From positions 45,198,001 through 45,262,000 of the forward strand of contig OX597834.1 of assembly GCA_951406725.2 (NCBI GenBank): a DNA stretch of 64,000 bases, given 5' to 3'. Positions 41,803-56,600 of this stretch are shown one piece after another. The position numbers and the translations under genes are program-made. The number at the start of each line of letters is the position of its first letter. Within the stretch, counting starts at the first letter, position 1. Source of the DNA: Octopus vulgaris. Its lineage: Eukaryota. The notes beneath the pieces are model-generated. The model was not told the DNA's origin, made no database searches, and saw nothing but the letters and a program-made list of their open reading frames with translations.

Positions 41803-42085
41803 CCCATATATACATATATATATATACACACACACACACACATACATATACACATATACATGTATACATACGCAATAATGATACACATATATACACATAC
41901 ACACACACAGTATTTTATTATTTTATTTTTTTATTTATCTATTCTTTCATCTAACTTACCACCGACTCCTTGACCACTCCCCCAAGTATGATATTTTGCG
42001 CTATGCCTACCCCCAAAAAAGTCCCCCACCACCACTCCTTTAAACCTGCCTAAATGTATAAATGCTAATACAATTCTTGTTAAAT

Positions 42086-42136
42086 AGCTTCCTGAAGATT
42101 TCTCTTGAATGAAACAGTACTAGTCCTGTAGAAGCT
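42086..42136 (+). ncRNA. Minimal type I hammerhead ribozyme
   Basis: Stem I agcttc/gaagct; core CTGAAGA (42092-42098); weak stem II ttc(tctt)gaa; GAAA (42111-42114); stem III cag/ctg with ACTAGT palindrome in the loop; GUA triplet with predicted cleavage after 42130. Confidence 0.8.
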
Positions 42137-42219
42137 CCTTCTATATAATAAATTAATTTTACTCTGCTATGTATTGAGTACCTTACTTACTGTGGTTAAC
42201 CCCGAATCAACCCGGGACC

Positions 42220-42255
<36 letters not shown>

Positions 42256-42368
42256 AAACAATTTAGATTCAAATGAATATGGTACTTAACTTAGATGCAC
42301 CAGAATTTTTTTATGGTATTACCCATAAAATTATGTGGGGTGATTATAACATATTGCTTATTTTTGGG

Positions 42369-42449
<81 letters not shown>

Positions 42450-42900
42450 TGCCAGGGTACTTAGGAGTCTCTGATATGTCCTACAGGTAGCATGGAATCC
42501 AGTACAACCTGTTTCATGGTTGGGTCGTCGGCAACTATACCGGCATTCCCATCAGGCTACCCTGGTGAGGAGGGCTGCTAGCAACCCAGCAGAATTAAAA
42601 ACAAGACCTGTTGAAAGTTCAGATAAACTTAGTGCTGGCTCAACGGCTATCTAGCAAGAGCACGGGTACGTAGAAATTCTGTTTGGTGTCCGGCGTGCTA
42701 GAAGACTACAGGGAATGGCATTGGACGCTTTAGAGAATTTGGATTTTTCCTAGTGATCAAGGCGCTCACACATCCTTGAGCTTGCCACTCTTATTGGCAC
42801 CAGACTTCTTGCTCTGGATTGTCTCTGGATAATGTCAATGTATTGGAGAGCGAACCTAAAACTTTGGACAGGCATTGCTGACCTCGTGCTATATGTGCTG
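42450..42900 (+). mobile_element. Possible LINE 5' UTR remnant
   Basis: GC-richer block (ggttgggtcgtcggcaact...ggctaccctggtgaggagggc) resembling RTE-type leaders from memory. No coding support. Confidence 0.3.
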
Positions 42901-43338
42901 CTTTTTTCCCTATACATATATATATTTATCATATTTTCAGTATACATGTATCTTTATTTTTAGTATATATTTATTATATTTTTATACGGAAGTCTTGCGG
43001 CGATGGGAGGTCGGCCAAGCATACAGACCTGATGAGTTGGAAGCATATAATTAGCGACCTGCATATAAGCGGCCCATGCTAAATATAAAGTCGCCTCCTT
43101 GTGGCCCAAGGCAACGATAGCGCTTCAGCCCGCGAGCAACAAGTGCAGTGCGTCTTTCAGGCCTGAAATGTCCAAGTTCCAGATTTTGTAAAACAAAGTC
43201 TTTTTTCTAGAAAACAGGACAATGAAAACATAACAATGGTATTACCATAGTATGGAACTAGGAAAGCTTTGATCAAACCCGATTCACAGAAAAAGAAGAA
43301 GCTCTAAATTTCCCTCATAAGCTATCAGCGTAGTTCTG

Positions 43339-43434
<96 letters not shown>

Positions 43435-44844
43435 GATATACATATATATATATATAAAGGGGTTTGCATGATTGTGTATAGAGGGATATAGATTATTCGA
43501 AGAAATTCCAACTCTGTCTGTTTTTTTATGTTTTAATTATATTCTTAATAATATTAATGTAGAATATAGAATATATCTACATGATTAAAAAAGAAGAGAA
43601 ACTCAACCAGTGTGTGTGTGTATTACTGAGATAACGACCTTCCTCAGATACTTGTAACAAAGTATGTTTCAAATTAAAGGTTACATCAAGAACTTTCCAA
43701 ACCAAATACAAAAGAGAAAACAAAACCTTCATGGCATTCCTTTCAGTTGAAGTTTCATATACGCGCTTGATTAAGTGTATTCCACCTGAAACCGAAGGGA
43801 TATAGATGAAGGTGCGAATATCGACGAATTGGCTTTGAGAAAACTAACTGAATGACTGATCGACCGGATGATTAATAAGACATTTTACTAGTTACTTAGT
43901 TAAATAGTTAACCAATTGACAAATAAATAATAATTAAAGAAGTGTAATAGAATCTGTGTGTGTGTTTATTATTGGCATAATGAACCCTACCCAAGATAAA
44001 ACAAAGTAAGATTCAACTCAAGTAATCTCAAGTATCTTGTAAACCAAATGCAAAAATGAGACTCTTCCTCCATAACAATATTTTCCGTTTAAGTTTTATG
44101 TTTCCGCTTGATTAAACATTTTCAATAAACAAACACAAAAAGTTTTTGTATGCATAAAACTCATTTAACTAGACGACCTTCATTTGCAGACGTTCAGATT
44201 TGTAGTTGTTATAGAATCCTTGAAAGACAACACAGTAAAAATATCCCTCGGGAGATAAATCCAGAGCCACTCTGCTTCCTGTAATCTTTGCATTTATCGC
44301 TTGCACTAAGACACCGTTTGATTTAGAGTTTAATGCGGCTTTACAGAAAAACTTGTCATACGAAAGTCTTTAAGTAATTCCTCTCTTTCCCTCACTCACT
44401 TTCAGATGTGTTTTTTCTTTCTCTGCAATGTTGGAATTTATGGAATTTTTTTCTAATCAGTTTCTTTTCCAGTTGAGTGATTTCCTTATTTTGGAAAGTA
44501 GCTTATTCAACCACAAATATAGTTTTTTTTTTCTATTTTACATTTATGATATTATTTGATTTATTCTGTTTTTTTTTTTAATATTTGGTTATATGTTTTC
44601 TTTAATTTTGGGCCGATATTATAACATACAATTTTCTGTTCAATATTTAGAGTACATATAGATAATACATAACGCCAAATTTTTTTCTGCCTTAACTGAT
44701 TGGACTATATCTATGTACATATATACTATATATATATGTATATATATATGTGTGTGAGTGTGTGTGTGTGTGTGTAGATATATATATATATTGATTGATA
44801 CGCGGGTGTATGTAGTATCTATATTACATATATGTGTGTGTATA

Positions 44845-45240
44845 TATTGGATCATCCCGTAAGTAATGCGTTTTTTTCAATACTTCTTTTAGTTTTCAAA
44901 ATTAAGATAAACAAAGTTCTTTTTTAATCTGAAATATAGTCTCGTTCATTTTCGACAAGGCTCTTCTATCTAACTGGTAGACCTGCGAGGTCCCTCCTCC
45001 AAAATTCATTTGTCCGTGACGAAAATTACTCCTCCACTACTGTTCTGAGCTCGTCTGCAATATTTCTACTTCATCCGTCCAAATGATTTTGAAGAGTACA
45101 GAATTAGTGCTAATGAATGGAGCAATGTCCGGCGAATATGGTGAGTGGAGTGTCGTTTGCCATTCAAACTACTCCAGCCTTTGGAATGTCATCTTATCTG
45201 TATGTGGCCGAGTATTATCCTCATGGAAGAAAATCTTTCG
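44845..45240 (-). mobile_element. mariner (DD34D) transposase 3' remnant with a TIR
   Basis: FFHEDNTRPHT...HSPYSPDIAP motif. End TA-ttggatcatcccgtaagtaatgcg. Confidence 0.8.
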
Positions 45241-46634
45241 TCACATTCAGTTTCACGTTGACCATCACTACAATTAATATTTTGGATGGAATCTAACAGA
45301 TGCTGCCTTTCACTCAGTTTATATTTTGATATTTCTGAAGTGAAGAATGTAAACTTTTTCTATCTGATCATCACAGACTAAAGCAAACAATCTAGAATGT
45401 GTCTTATTCTACGCTTCCTTTCGCTATTAAATACGTAGAGTATAATTAGTCGACATTTGGCGGTTATTCACCCTAGGCCCGGTAGTTTGCTGTTGGTTCT
45501 GTCCTTCGTGGCAATGAATGTATGTATGTGTTTGTGTTTCTGTGGGCTCCCCACCACGTGCATTGTGTGTAAACCTCCCCCTCATATTTTCCCTATTCCC
45601 CTTAATTTAGATGAAACCATTAACTTGTGAATTTGGTCTCATATATAGCAAATCAATGTTAGTTTATAGTTATAATAAATCCATCATATTTATATACGTA
45701 TATGTGTATATGTATACATACACATATTCATAAACAACTGTCTACCCTTATATATAACTATATATATGCATATGGATGTATATATATATATATACACATT
45801 CATATATTCATATCTATATATATATTTATGTATATATGTTTGCATATACATGTATATATGTGTGTGTGACTACGCATGTATGTATATATATATACATACG
45901 TATATATATATATATATATATATGTTTACATATGTATAGGTATATACATACACAGTCAAACACTCACACACATATATACACATATATGAGATGTGTGTTT
46001 TTGTGCGTATATATATGTATGTATTCTAATGCGTATAGTCTAGAGTGTATAATTATGTGTACGTTTCCGTGCTGTTTTTGGTTGTCTGCGAGTATATTTC
46101 CGTGTATTTCAAACGACAGACGGCGATAATACGTGCTAGAGCAATAGTTCACTCTCTAAGTGGCATTTACAACCGGAAATGGGTTGGTATTAAGCAACGG
46201 ATATTTCAGCTGCCGTGTGCTATATTTAATCGAATCCAAACCATGAGAACCACAAATAAATATACAAAATAATAAATAACTAAATAAATTATAAAACATA
46301 CACGTATAATATTATTGGAAGAAAACCATGAAAAATGAAAGTAATGTGTTAGTTTTAGGTCATTCTACTATATTTTTGGTCATTGTAGTTGAAAATAATT
46401 TTCTCGAGAATTCTGGTAATTACTTTTGCGATTTCGTCTTCGTTTCACCTTACATTTAGATTTCCTCTTTTTTTTTCTGGTATTTTTTCAATTTCTTGTC
46501 ACACACAAACGCAGATACATACTCACATACACACGCACACACAAAGACAATCACATACACATACACACACATACATACATAACTATATATATAGACGCAG
46601 ACATCTGAACAATAGACATCCATTTGATATACAC

Positions 46635-46828
<194 letters not shown>

Positions 46829-46947
46829 GAACTGACACCCAAAATCGGATAAAATGACGGAGCGAGAGAGATACATACATACATTTCAAAAATAAATAAT
46901 CTTCCCTTATGTGTATACTACACATATGCATACATATATATATATAC

Positions 46948-46999
<52 letters not shown>

Positions 47000-48693
47000 A
47001 TATATGTATATACAGATGTACATATTCATATAGACATATTCATATAGACATGTATATATAATCTGAGGTGTCTATATACTTCTGCTAAATGCTAACGTTC
47101 TGTTCTTTCAACGGTGTACTTATTCCATATAAGATGTTGGAGGCGGGGATGATTATAGGATGCCTTCTTCGTGTTAAATTGCCCTTTGAGAGATTGTTAA
47201 ATTGCAACGTATATTCTACTCAGATAGTCATCAACATGAAAATTATATTTATAAAATTATCTGGAGACCGGTCCGCTTGGCAAAGTCTACTGAGCGACGG
47301 TGGTAGATTGTGAGACCTGTATAATTATAGGAACCTGGTGATGGCAGTAAGTACGCAACGTCAATATTCGTGTGGATATCTTGGACACGTTGTGTATATT
47401 TAGAAGTGGTAATCACATAGTGTGTAGGCTCAAGCCTGGCTTAAAATTTTTGGGTAGCTGGTAGTTGGTGCCGAGATTGTTACAAACGGTGTCTATTGCG
47501 ATAAGCGTAAAAGTCAGAAAACTTGGTCTTGAAAAGATAGATGGTCAGTGTATAGCTGATGCCTTGATAGGAATTATAGTATGAATAGATATACTGCGTG
47601 TCTGGGTGTGTTCAGTGGATTAATATTTATTGTGTGTACAAGATGCCCGGATGAAATTATGCAAGTCTGAAGATGTTAAGCTGTTATTTTAGGTTGTCTG
47701 ATAAATTCGTTCGTTGTTTATTTATTTATTTATTTATTTTTGTAGTCTACGTGGCACTCCATCATCATATGTCTGAAAAGAGATGAAGTTTATTGGAATG
47801 GGAAAAAAAAGAGGATAAACGAAATTTCTAGTGGAGAATTGGTGCTAGAAAACCACAAAACTATGTTAAAAATATTTTTCGTGTTAATTCAGATATCATT
47901 AAAAATGATTAACTCATAATCGTTTTCAACATTAATCATTAATTAAAACGTTGGCAGAATCTTTAGCGCTGCAGGCAAAATGATTGACGACATTTCATCC
48001 GTTTGCACGGGATCGGTTTAAATTCTGCCGAGGTCGGTTTTGTTTCCCATCCTTTCGCAGTAACATTTGAGCTCCCCGGAATGACAGGCCATCCGTCGAA
48101 ATTTGAAACTAATCTCAATCGTTAACATAAATGAGAAACAAATAAAGCAAAAACACAAAACAAACTAATTTATCCGACAACGGAGTATAAACAGACGTGG
48201 TTATGGTGTTGGACTACAAATGGTAAAATCCGCGGGCAAGTTACTTGCAAAGCGAGAAGCGTATTACGATCGAACCAGCAATCATGTGATTGCATCACGA
48301 ATATCTTATCGGCACACTCGTATCTTCTGAAAACTTTCAAATAAGTCAAATACTTAACTGTTGCGGTTGGGGTTGGTGGTGGTGGTGTATTGTGAAAGCG
48401 AAGAGAACTTTCACATAGTTCACTTGAAACTTTCGAGAACACTTCGCTGTTTACATCATATGTTAACTTTACGTAAAATATAAAAGTAAATTGATATAAA
48501 AAAGATACAAAAATAAAAACAGTACAACAACAACTTTACAACAACAAGCTAAAAAGACAGGATAATTTTATAATAATAAATTGCTGTATTTCTAAAAACG
48601 CTCTGTCGAGTTCGTTATTGCATGCATGTACCAGGATACAATACATTTACTTCAGCAAGCAAATGCACTTAAAACCCGACGACATTATTATAG

Positions 48694-48860
<167 letters not shown>

Positions 48861-49468
48861 ATTTGCCTTCAGACAATAGTGACAATTAAAACGTATTCAA
48901 TTTAGTTCAATCACTGCATTATATGAATGTGCAGCGGCAGCTCTGCTATGAATTTCATGTTGTTAGTTGCATGACAACAATTCTTTCTCTCTGAGTACAT
49001 ACAACGTTTTGTTAAAAATTAAAAATGTCCTCCTATTATATGTTTTATTTCTGAGGGATTTTAATTGCATACACGGCGCATTTAGTGTGACCAAAGTGAA
49101 CAGCTGTTGCAATTTTGAATGACAGATGTAATTGTTTAAAGCGACTTAAAGCGCATCTTTCAAAACAAGCAGTTATGCAGATTCTCCTGTCATCTCCACT
49201 TTCCATCTCTCAATATATTTATTCACTCTCAACCCCGCATCCTGAACTTCCATTCTATTCGTGTTTTGGCTAACAGCAGGAATTCATCAAATTGAAATTT
49301 TCCAAATCTTTTAATAACTCTAAAATCTAATACTGTTTTACTTCCAGTGACAGCTAGCATTCATAATTGTCTTCGTTTATTATCTCTGATGATCTGATAT
49401 CTCCTAGGTTTCGGATTGCAGCACGTAAGTACGTATGAAAGTGTCTAGCTATCGCTCCGTCACTCTGC

Positions 49469-49582
<114 letters not shown>

Positions 49583-49654
49583 ATCTATGTATCTTCATAT
49601 GGATTTATCTGTGTTTCTGTTTATTTGTCTGTCTATCTATCTATCTATCTAAAT

Positions 49655-49704
<50 letters not shown>

Positions 49705-49900
49705 TTATCTATGTATCTTCCTAGCGATTTGTCTGTGTCTCTGTTTATTTGCATGTCTGTCTATCAGCCGAGATTGCGAGGATGATCCGGTTCTTGACTG
49801 AGGATAGAAAACTTCGAAGTACCCGTCCTTTTTTTTTTTGTATCGTCTATCTGGATGTTTTGTATCATCTAGTTGTCCGGATGTTTTGCGTTCTTGTCCC

Positions 49901-50258
<358 letters not shown>

Positions 50259-50651
50259 TATTATTTCGTCTCAGAGTCATCCTGAATATCGACTCAAGGC
50301 ACAGTGCGTTCACTAATTGTATATCGATGTATTTCTTAGCCATCATCTAAATTCATTTTAAACACTTTAACGAGCATCTATTGAAGACGTATTCCTCACT
50401 AATGAAGGATCACAATTTCAGCCTAACAAGAAATCGTTCAGCTACGATCCTGTTTCAATGAAGTATGTTCACTCTGTTATAGATGAGTGCGGTTGTGGGT
50501 GTGAGAGCGTGTGCGTGTGTATATGTGTGCATTTGTATATGTGTGTGCATGTGTGTCTGTCTGTTTGTATGTGTGTATGTGACTGTCTGTGTAATCGTGA
50601 ATGCATGTGTATGTAAACACACACACATACATATATGTATATATATGTATA

Positions 50652-50685
<34 letters not shown>

Positions 50686-51235
50686 ACATATAATATGTAT
50701 ATATTGTTTATGCTGGGGCGTATTTGCAAAGCCACACGCGTGCCTGTATGCATATGTGCTTTCTCAAATGACAGTCAATTGTTAGCGAATTTTACCTGGT
50801 TGAACGTACCATATATTTGCAAATAAATTCATGTTCCTAAATATTTGCATACAAACACAAACATCCTATCGGTCTCCCCATGACCCATTGGAACATCCCG
50901 TTGACACTGCATAACTGCTGGAATGTAAACGCGGATGTAAAATGGAATTTTCCCAGCTTAGTTCTACTACTTAGTGTTAGCTAAATGGAATGGAATACCT
51001 CGAAATGAATTTGCATGGTCAATAATGCAACGTGTCGCCCGTTTCAGGAATGGAACCTAGCAACTTAGGACCCCCCTACTAGACCACGTGACATCGAAAT
51101 TAATAGCCAACGAATATGATGTCTTAGTATACATCAAGCATTCGTCTAGTTCTTTTGTTAATAGGAAATAACGATAACCATGAGAGGAAGCATGTGGAGG
51201 AGAAGGAGGAGAAGAACGAAGACGACAAAAACGAC

Positions 51236-51323
<88 letters not shown>

Positions 51324-51324
51324 G

Positions 51325-52034
51325 TATTATTATTATTTCATGTATTGGTTACTTGGGCCTATAGGGGACAATACAATAGACGTGGACGGTGGGGATTTTA
51401 CACAAAACAACGAGTATAATATTTAAACAATAACAAAAATATCAAACTAGAAGAATATAACAATGAAAATTCCCCAATAGTGGGTAACCACCTGGCTCAG
51501 GTACCCCTCCAATCCTAAGTCACTCGACGCTTCGAGGGCATTAGGGAAGGGCACGGTTCTCCCTCTCAAATTCAGTTAGGCGCATTATTAGAGTAGGTCC
51601 ACTCAAACGGGCCATTTTCGCTACATTCACTCACCTTTTATTAAATCTACTGGGAGGAAGCACATCTCTCTTCACCCTAATCTTCCATAGCAAGTGAAAT
51701 ATTGAAAGTAATTGAAGGATTGGCCGAAGAGAAAAGTCTTTTCTCTTCAGTGCTTTCAACTTGGTCCACCGAACAACCACTTTCGCTATTGCTATCAGAC
51801 AAATAAAAAGTGCGTGCCCTTCTGGACCAATGGAAGGCGGCAAATCGATGTTCACTATGGACTCGCCAGCTCCGTCGTACACGTAATTACAGCTGTTCAA
51901 CATAATTCCACAAGTCAGTAATGCAGGGGTACTGGGTGAGTTTGCGCAGAACGATTTCGTGGTTCTGCGTGTCTCTTGGGTAGGTCCGTCTGACAGCACT
52001 TACTTGCTATAGAGATTATCTCAAACTGGCAGTG
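51325..52034 (-). pseudogene. L1/Tx1-type LINE ORF2 3' end plus 3' UTR
   Basis: ESIVNIDLPPSIGPEGHALFICLIAIAKVVVRWTKLKAL...HLLWKIRVKRDVLPPSRFNKR resembles the Tx1-like ORF2 C-terminus. It ends at a (TTA)n tract. Confidence 0.65.
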
Positions 52035-52075
52035 AGAGACATAAGAGACAGACAGATAATACATATATACGCATA

Positions 52076-52114
<39 letters not shown>

Positions 52115-53281
52115 TTACAAACACACCCAGGCACACTGCGCATATAGCATTGTATCAGTATATCACTGCCACATATTCTGGTGTTCGAACCGTTTCTTCC
52201 TCTCAAAAGAAATCATCGTCGTTTAAGACGCTGTCAACATTTAAGTCATCATTCATCGCAGAGTTTGATACGTATGTGTATATACATAGATGCATAATAC
52301 ATATACACACACATGTATATATGTATATATCTATGTATGCCTATATATATGTCCATATATATATATATGTATATATAATATATATACCTATATATATGTC
52401 CATATATATATATATATATATTTACATTTACACATATTATATATAGATACATACATACATACATTCATACATTTACATATATACATACATATATTGATAT
52501 AGAAATTTATATATATATATATATATATATATATGCATACACAGATATATTTGTGTGTGTATATAAATGTAAGATTGCGTGTTTGTTTTGTGTATTTGTG
52601 TGCATGGTTATAAATATTTACATATATACATATACATACATAATATATATATATATTGATGCCGCGGAGGCTTGAATGACACGGCCATTAACAGAGGATA
52701 GAGATTTCTTCGTTATGATCTTGCTTGAAATTGCGTACAGAGGTTGTAGATATATCATAACTGTTTTCCAGCAAAATGTTTGTTTTGTGTTGTTGTTTGT
52801 GTAACGAACAGAGAATACGATATTACGCACAAATTGGATTGTTTGAATCGCCTGCACCCAATACAATCTTCTGAGAACACAAAACTGTCATTATAACTAT
52901 ATGTCCGCGTAAGAAAATTTATACAAGCAATTTGTTTTGTTTTCCCTACCTCTCTCCTATAATCATCATTAGGTTCACACTTAGAAAGCTTAACGATCGC
53001 GTACAAATATCACAATGTAAAGCCAACGGTGTGTGAGTGTGTGTGTGTGTATATATATATGTGTGCGTGTGTGGATATGTGGGTAGGTGCGCATACGAGC
53101 GTGTGCATGTGTGCATGTGTTTGTGTGCCTGTATGTGTCCATGTAGGTTCGGAAGTGTATATATATATATGTATATATATAGAGAGAGAGATAGATATGC
53201 GTGTGTGTGAGTGTGTGTGTGTGTATAATATATATATTTAGATAGCTTTTTTATATATATGCATATATACCTATATCTGCC

Positions 53282-53325
<44 letters not shown>

Positions 53326-53329
<4 letters not shown>

Positions 53330-53467
53330 TGTGTGTTTTCCGTGTTTGTATGTGTGTGTGTATATAAATATATATACAAATGTGTATATATATATATATA
53401 TATATATACACATTTGTATATATATGTATATACACACACACATACACACACGGAAAACACACATGCA
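53326..53467. repeat. 142-bp near-perfect palindrome centred on (TA)n
   Basis: tgcatgtgtgttttccgtgtttgtatg...tacaaatgtg pairs with cacatttgta...cacggaaaacacacatgca, 2 mismatches. Confidence 0.9.
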
Positions 53468-53806
53468 CAAACACAAACACACACATACACACACATACCA
53501 CACACACATATTTAAACACGTATACATCTATAAATTCACTTATGCATTTCCGAGTTTATTTGTTGGTACGCTAATATAAGAAATATAAATCCAGGCGATG
53601 CGCGGACTTACTCAACGAAAAGACGCCGCACACGTATGTGTTTGCATGCATCCATACACATACATACTTAATTATATGCACATATACACATATATGTGTG
53701 TGTGTGTGTGCATGTATATGTATTTCTGTGAGTGTGTATCTATGTGCCTAGCCATGTATAGGTATATTTACTTACGCATCTGTGCGTATATATCTATAAA
53801 CCTAGC

Positions 53807-53861
<55 letters not shown>

Positions 53862-54166
53862 CTAAAAACCTTGTTCATATTCGCATATTTTGTGTAAATA
53901 TTTACTACATTTCATATAATAACACTCGATTATATGCTTCGACAATTTAGGATATTGACAGTATTTTCTTTTGCTTTGAAACTCTAATGTTTACAAATAG
54001 ATATCAACAAATACGTTGATATATATTCCTGCTAATTCTGGAATTTAGGAATTTATGCAATCATAAACACACACATGCATACATATATATGTGGGTGTTT
54101 GTATAAGTATATATGTGTGTGTGTTTTTATATATGTATATATATATCTATCTATATATATATATAT

Positions 54167-54239
<73 letters not shown>

Positions 54240-54404
54240 GAGCAACATACATACATGCATACATACATAGATTCATTGATTTGTTGATAGATAGATATAT
54301 AAATAGATAGATTAGGTAGATCAAAATGTACATTCGTGTTATATATAACGTATATGTATATATATATATATATGTATGCGTGTGAGCTGCATATACATAA
54401 GTAA

Positions 54405-54435
<31 letters not shown>

Positions 54436-54595
54436 GTACATATGTATGTTTACACACTCTCACACACACACATATTTGTTGATAGGTGTGCATAATCACA
54501 AAAACATACACAGAAGCGCATTGTTTTATTGGATTACGTCTAATATAATCTATATATCTCTCTATATATGTGTGTGTGTTTGTGTGTGTATGTGT

Positions 54596-54627
<32 letters not shown>

Positions 54628-54981
54628 CACACACTCACACGCAGTTGCATATCAAACTTCATTTGTGTGTATGTGTGCATGTTGGTGTTTTTACGGTTTG
54701 TGACCCCTTATGTATGTAAATACCTGTTTTCAATTACTGTATTAAAGAGAAAATGCATCTAAATCATAATTTCATATTCCGAAAGGCTCTACCGTACACG
54801 TTCTGACGACAGAGTGCCCGATCGCTGTCTTTATTGCTGTATAAAATTCAGATAAATTATCTGTACAGCAATCTTTGTATGATTAAGTATCTGAACATGC
54901 GTATATACATAGATATGCAAATATATTTACATGTATACATCTATATATATATATTTACATGTATATATATATTTACATGTA

Positions 54982-55070
<89 letters not shown>

Positions 55071-55229
55071 ACATACATATACATATTTATGTATATATGA
55101 ACGTATATATTGACAAATGTATGAATATATTTACCTGAGCCCTGAACTTGAATTTGCGTAACGGTTGTACGTTCGTACAGAGGAAGATGTACCTCCAAAA
55201 TTAAACTGTATTTTCTACCCGTTAAGCTA

Positions 55230-55461
55230 TTCTTTCGTTTATTTGTTTCGGTCATTTGAGTAGCCATGCTGGAGCACCTCCTTTAGTGGAACAAATCGAT
55301 CCCATGACTTATTCTTTGTAATCCTTGTACCTATTCTATCGGTTCTCTCTTAACGAACCGCTGAGGTACGGAGACGTTAACACGCCAACATCGGTCGTCA
55401 AGCGATGGTGGTGGAACGAACAGACACGCACAAGTGCACGCACACATACACGGACACACAC

Positions 55462-55500
<39 letters not shown>

Positions 55501-55645
55501 CACGACGGGCTTCTTTCAGTTTTCGTCTGCCACATCTCCCCTCAAGGCTTTGGTCGGCCCGACGTTATAGTAGAAACTACTTGCCGAGGTTGCCCTGCGG
55601 TAGGACTGAACCCGGAACCACGTGTTTGGGGAGCAAGCTTCTCTG
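55230..55645 (-). mobile_element. SINE copy (family of 1026-1452)
   Basis: Reverse-complement collinear with 1050-1430. Confidence 0.85.
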
Positions 55646-56129
55646 CTTATATGTTCAATATCTTCTTTAATGGTCATATCAGTCATTCAATTAAGAGTAT
55701 CAAATACACACTCAAAATCATTCACTCACACCACTATAATACATAAGACACACATACATTCTTGCACACATACACACATGCACATAAATGCATACGTACT
55801 GATGCATATTGACGTATGCATGTTTGTAGTCATAGAAGGAATGCTGATAATTGTATTGCTTGGTTCTGTATAACAAGGCTGCTACGACGCTGCGAATAAA
55901 ACTGATTTATTACGAAAAGTTTAGTAAGACTTGTTCTTAGTGTCTTGTTCTGCTTAGATAGTGTCTTTTGTATCTAGTGCCTGTTGCTGTCTGTAACAGT
56001 ACGTGAGAATCCTACTGACTTGCTGCCTGGCGTTACGTAGGTTATAATTTGAGCAATTCTGGAGTTTTTCAGTAATAGATTTGGTGAAAGGCGGCGAGCT
56101 GGCAGAAATGTTAGCACGCCGTTCCGCAT

Positions 56130-56485
56130 ACATTTCAAAACGACCACATTTCGCCTTGATCATAGCCTGCAAAAGAGTGATCAATGATTTCCATGAGCGT
56201 CCTACCATCTCTTCATCCAACTTCACCCATTAAAACAAAGGGACTTCCTTCAGAACTGACAAATTTGAATAGGAGTGAAGAGAAACATTCATCTTTATGA
56301 TAGAGCAGATAGCAGCAGATTCCATGGAATTGATGTCTGGACTTGAAGGAAGCCATATCTCCTTGTCCCAAGAAACCGGTGAAATGTTCTTTGCACCACC
56401 TGTGTTAAACTGGATGTGTGGGCCGGAGCCCTGCCTTGATTGAAGATGTAACGCTCACCAAATTTTTTTCTGTAACCCAACGTAT
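56130..56485 (-). mobile_element. Tc1/maT-like transposase 3' remnant
   Basis: YIFNQGRAPAHTSSLTQ (QDGAPAHT-like) and LLQAMIKAKCGRFE. Confidence 0.7.
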
Positions 56486-56550
56486 CACTTTGCTTGTATG
56501 CTTGTCTGAGTATGAATACATAGATATGTATATATGTGCATACATATAAG

Positions 56551-56600
<50 letters not shown>

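Larger units (their letters stand above)
39271..42220 (+). mobile_element. Non-autonomous Penelope-like element with inverted terminal (pLTR-like) repeats, inserted in (TA)n
   Basis: 39271-39500 is the reverse complement of 41921-42150 (1 mismatch seen in the unique part). Both ends carry a hammerhead. The right end has a ~70-bp extension to 42220. The interior is a CA/TA mosaic and both flanks are (TA)n. Confidence 0.8.

Noticed and set aside
40267-41954. Long ORFs (447, 391, 250 and 239 aa) rich in H/T/Y/I or C/V/M
   Set aside because: Translations of a CA/TA dinucleotide mosaic, which rarely contains stop codons. Several frames on both strands are open.
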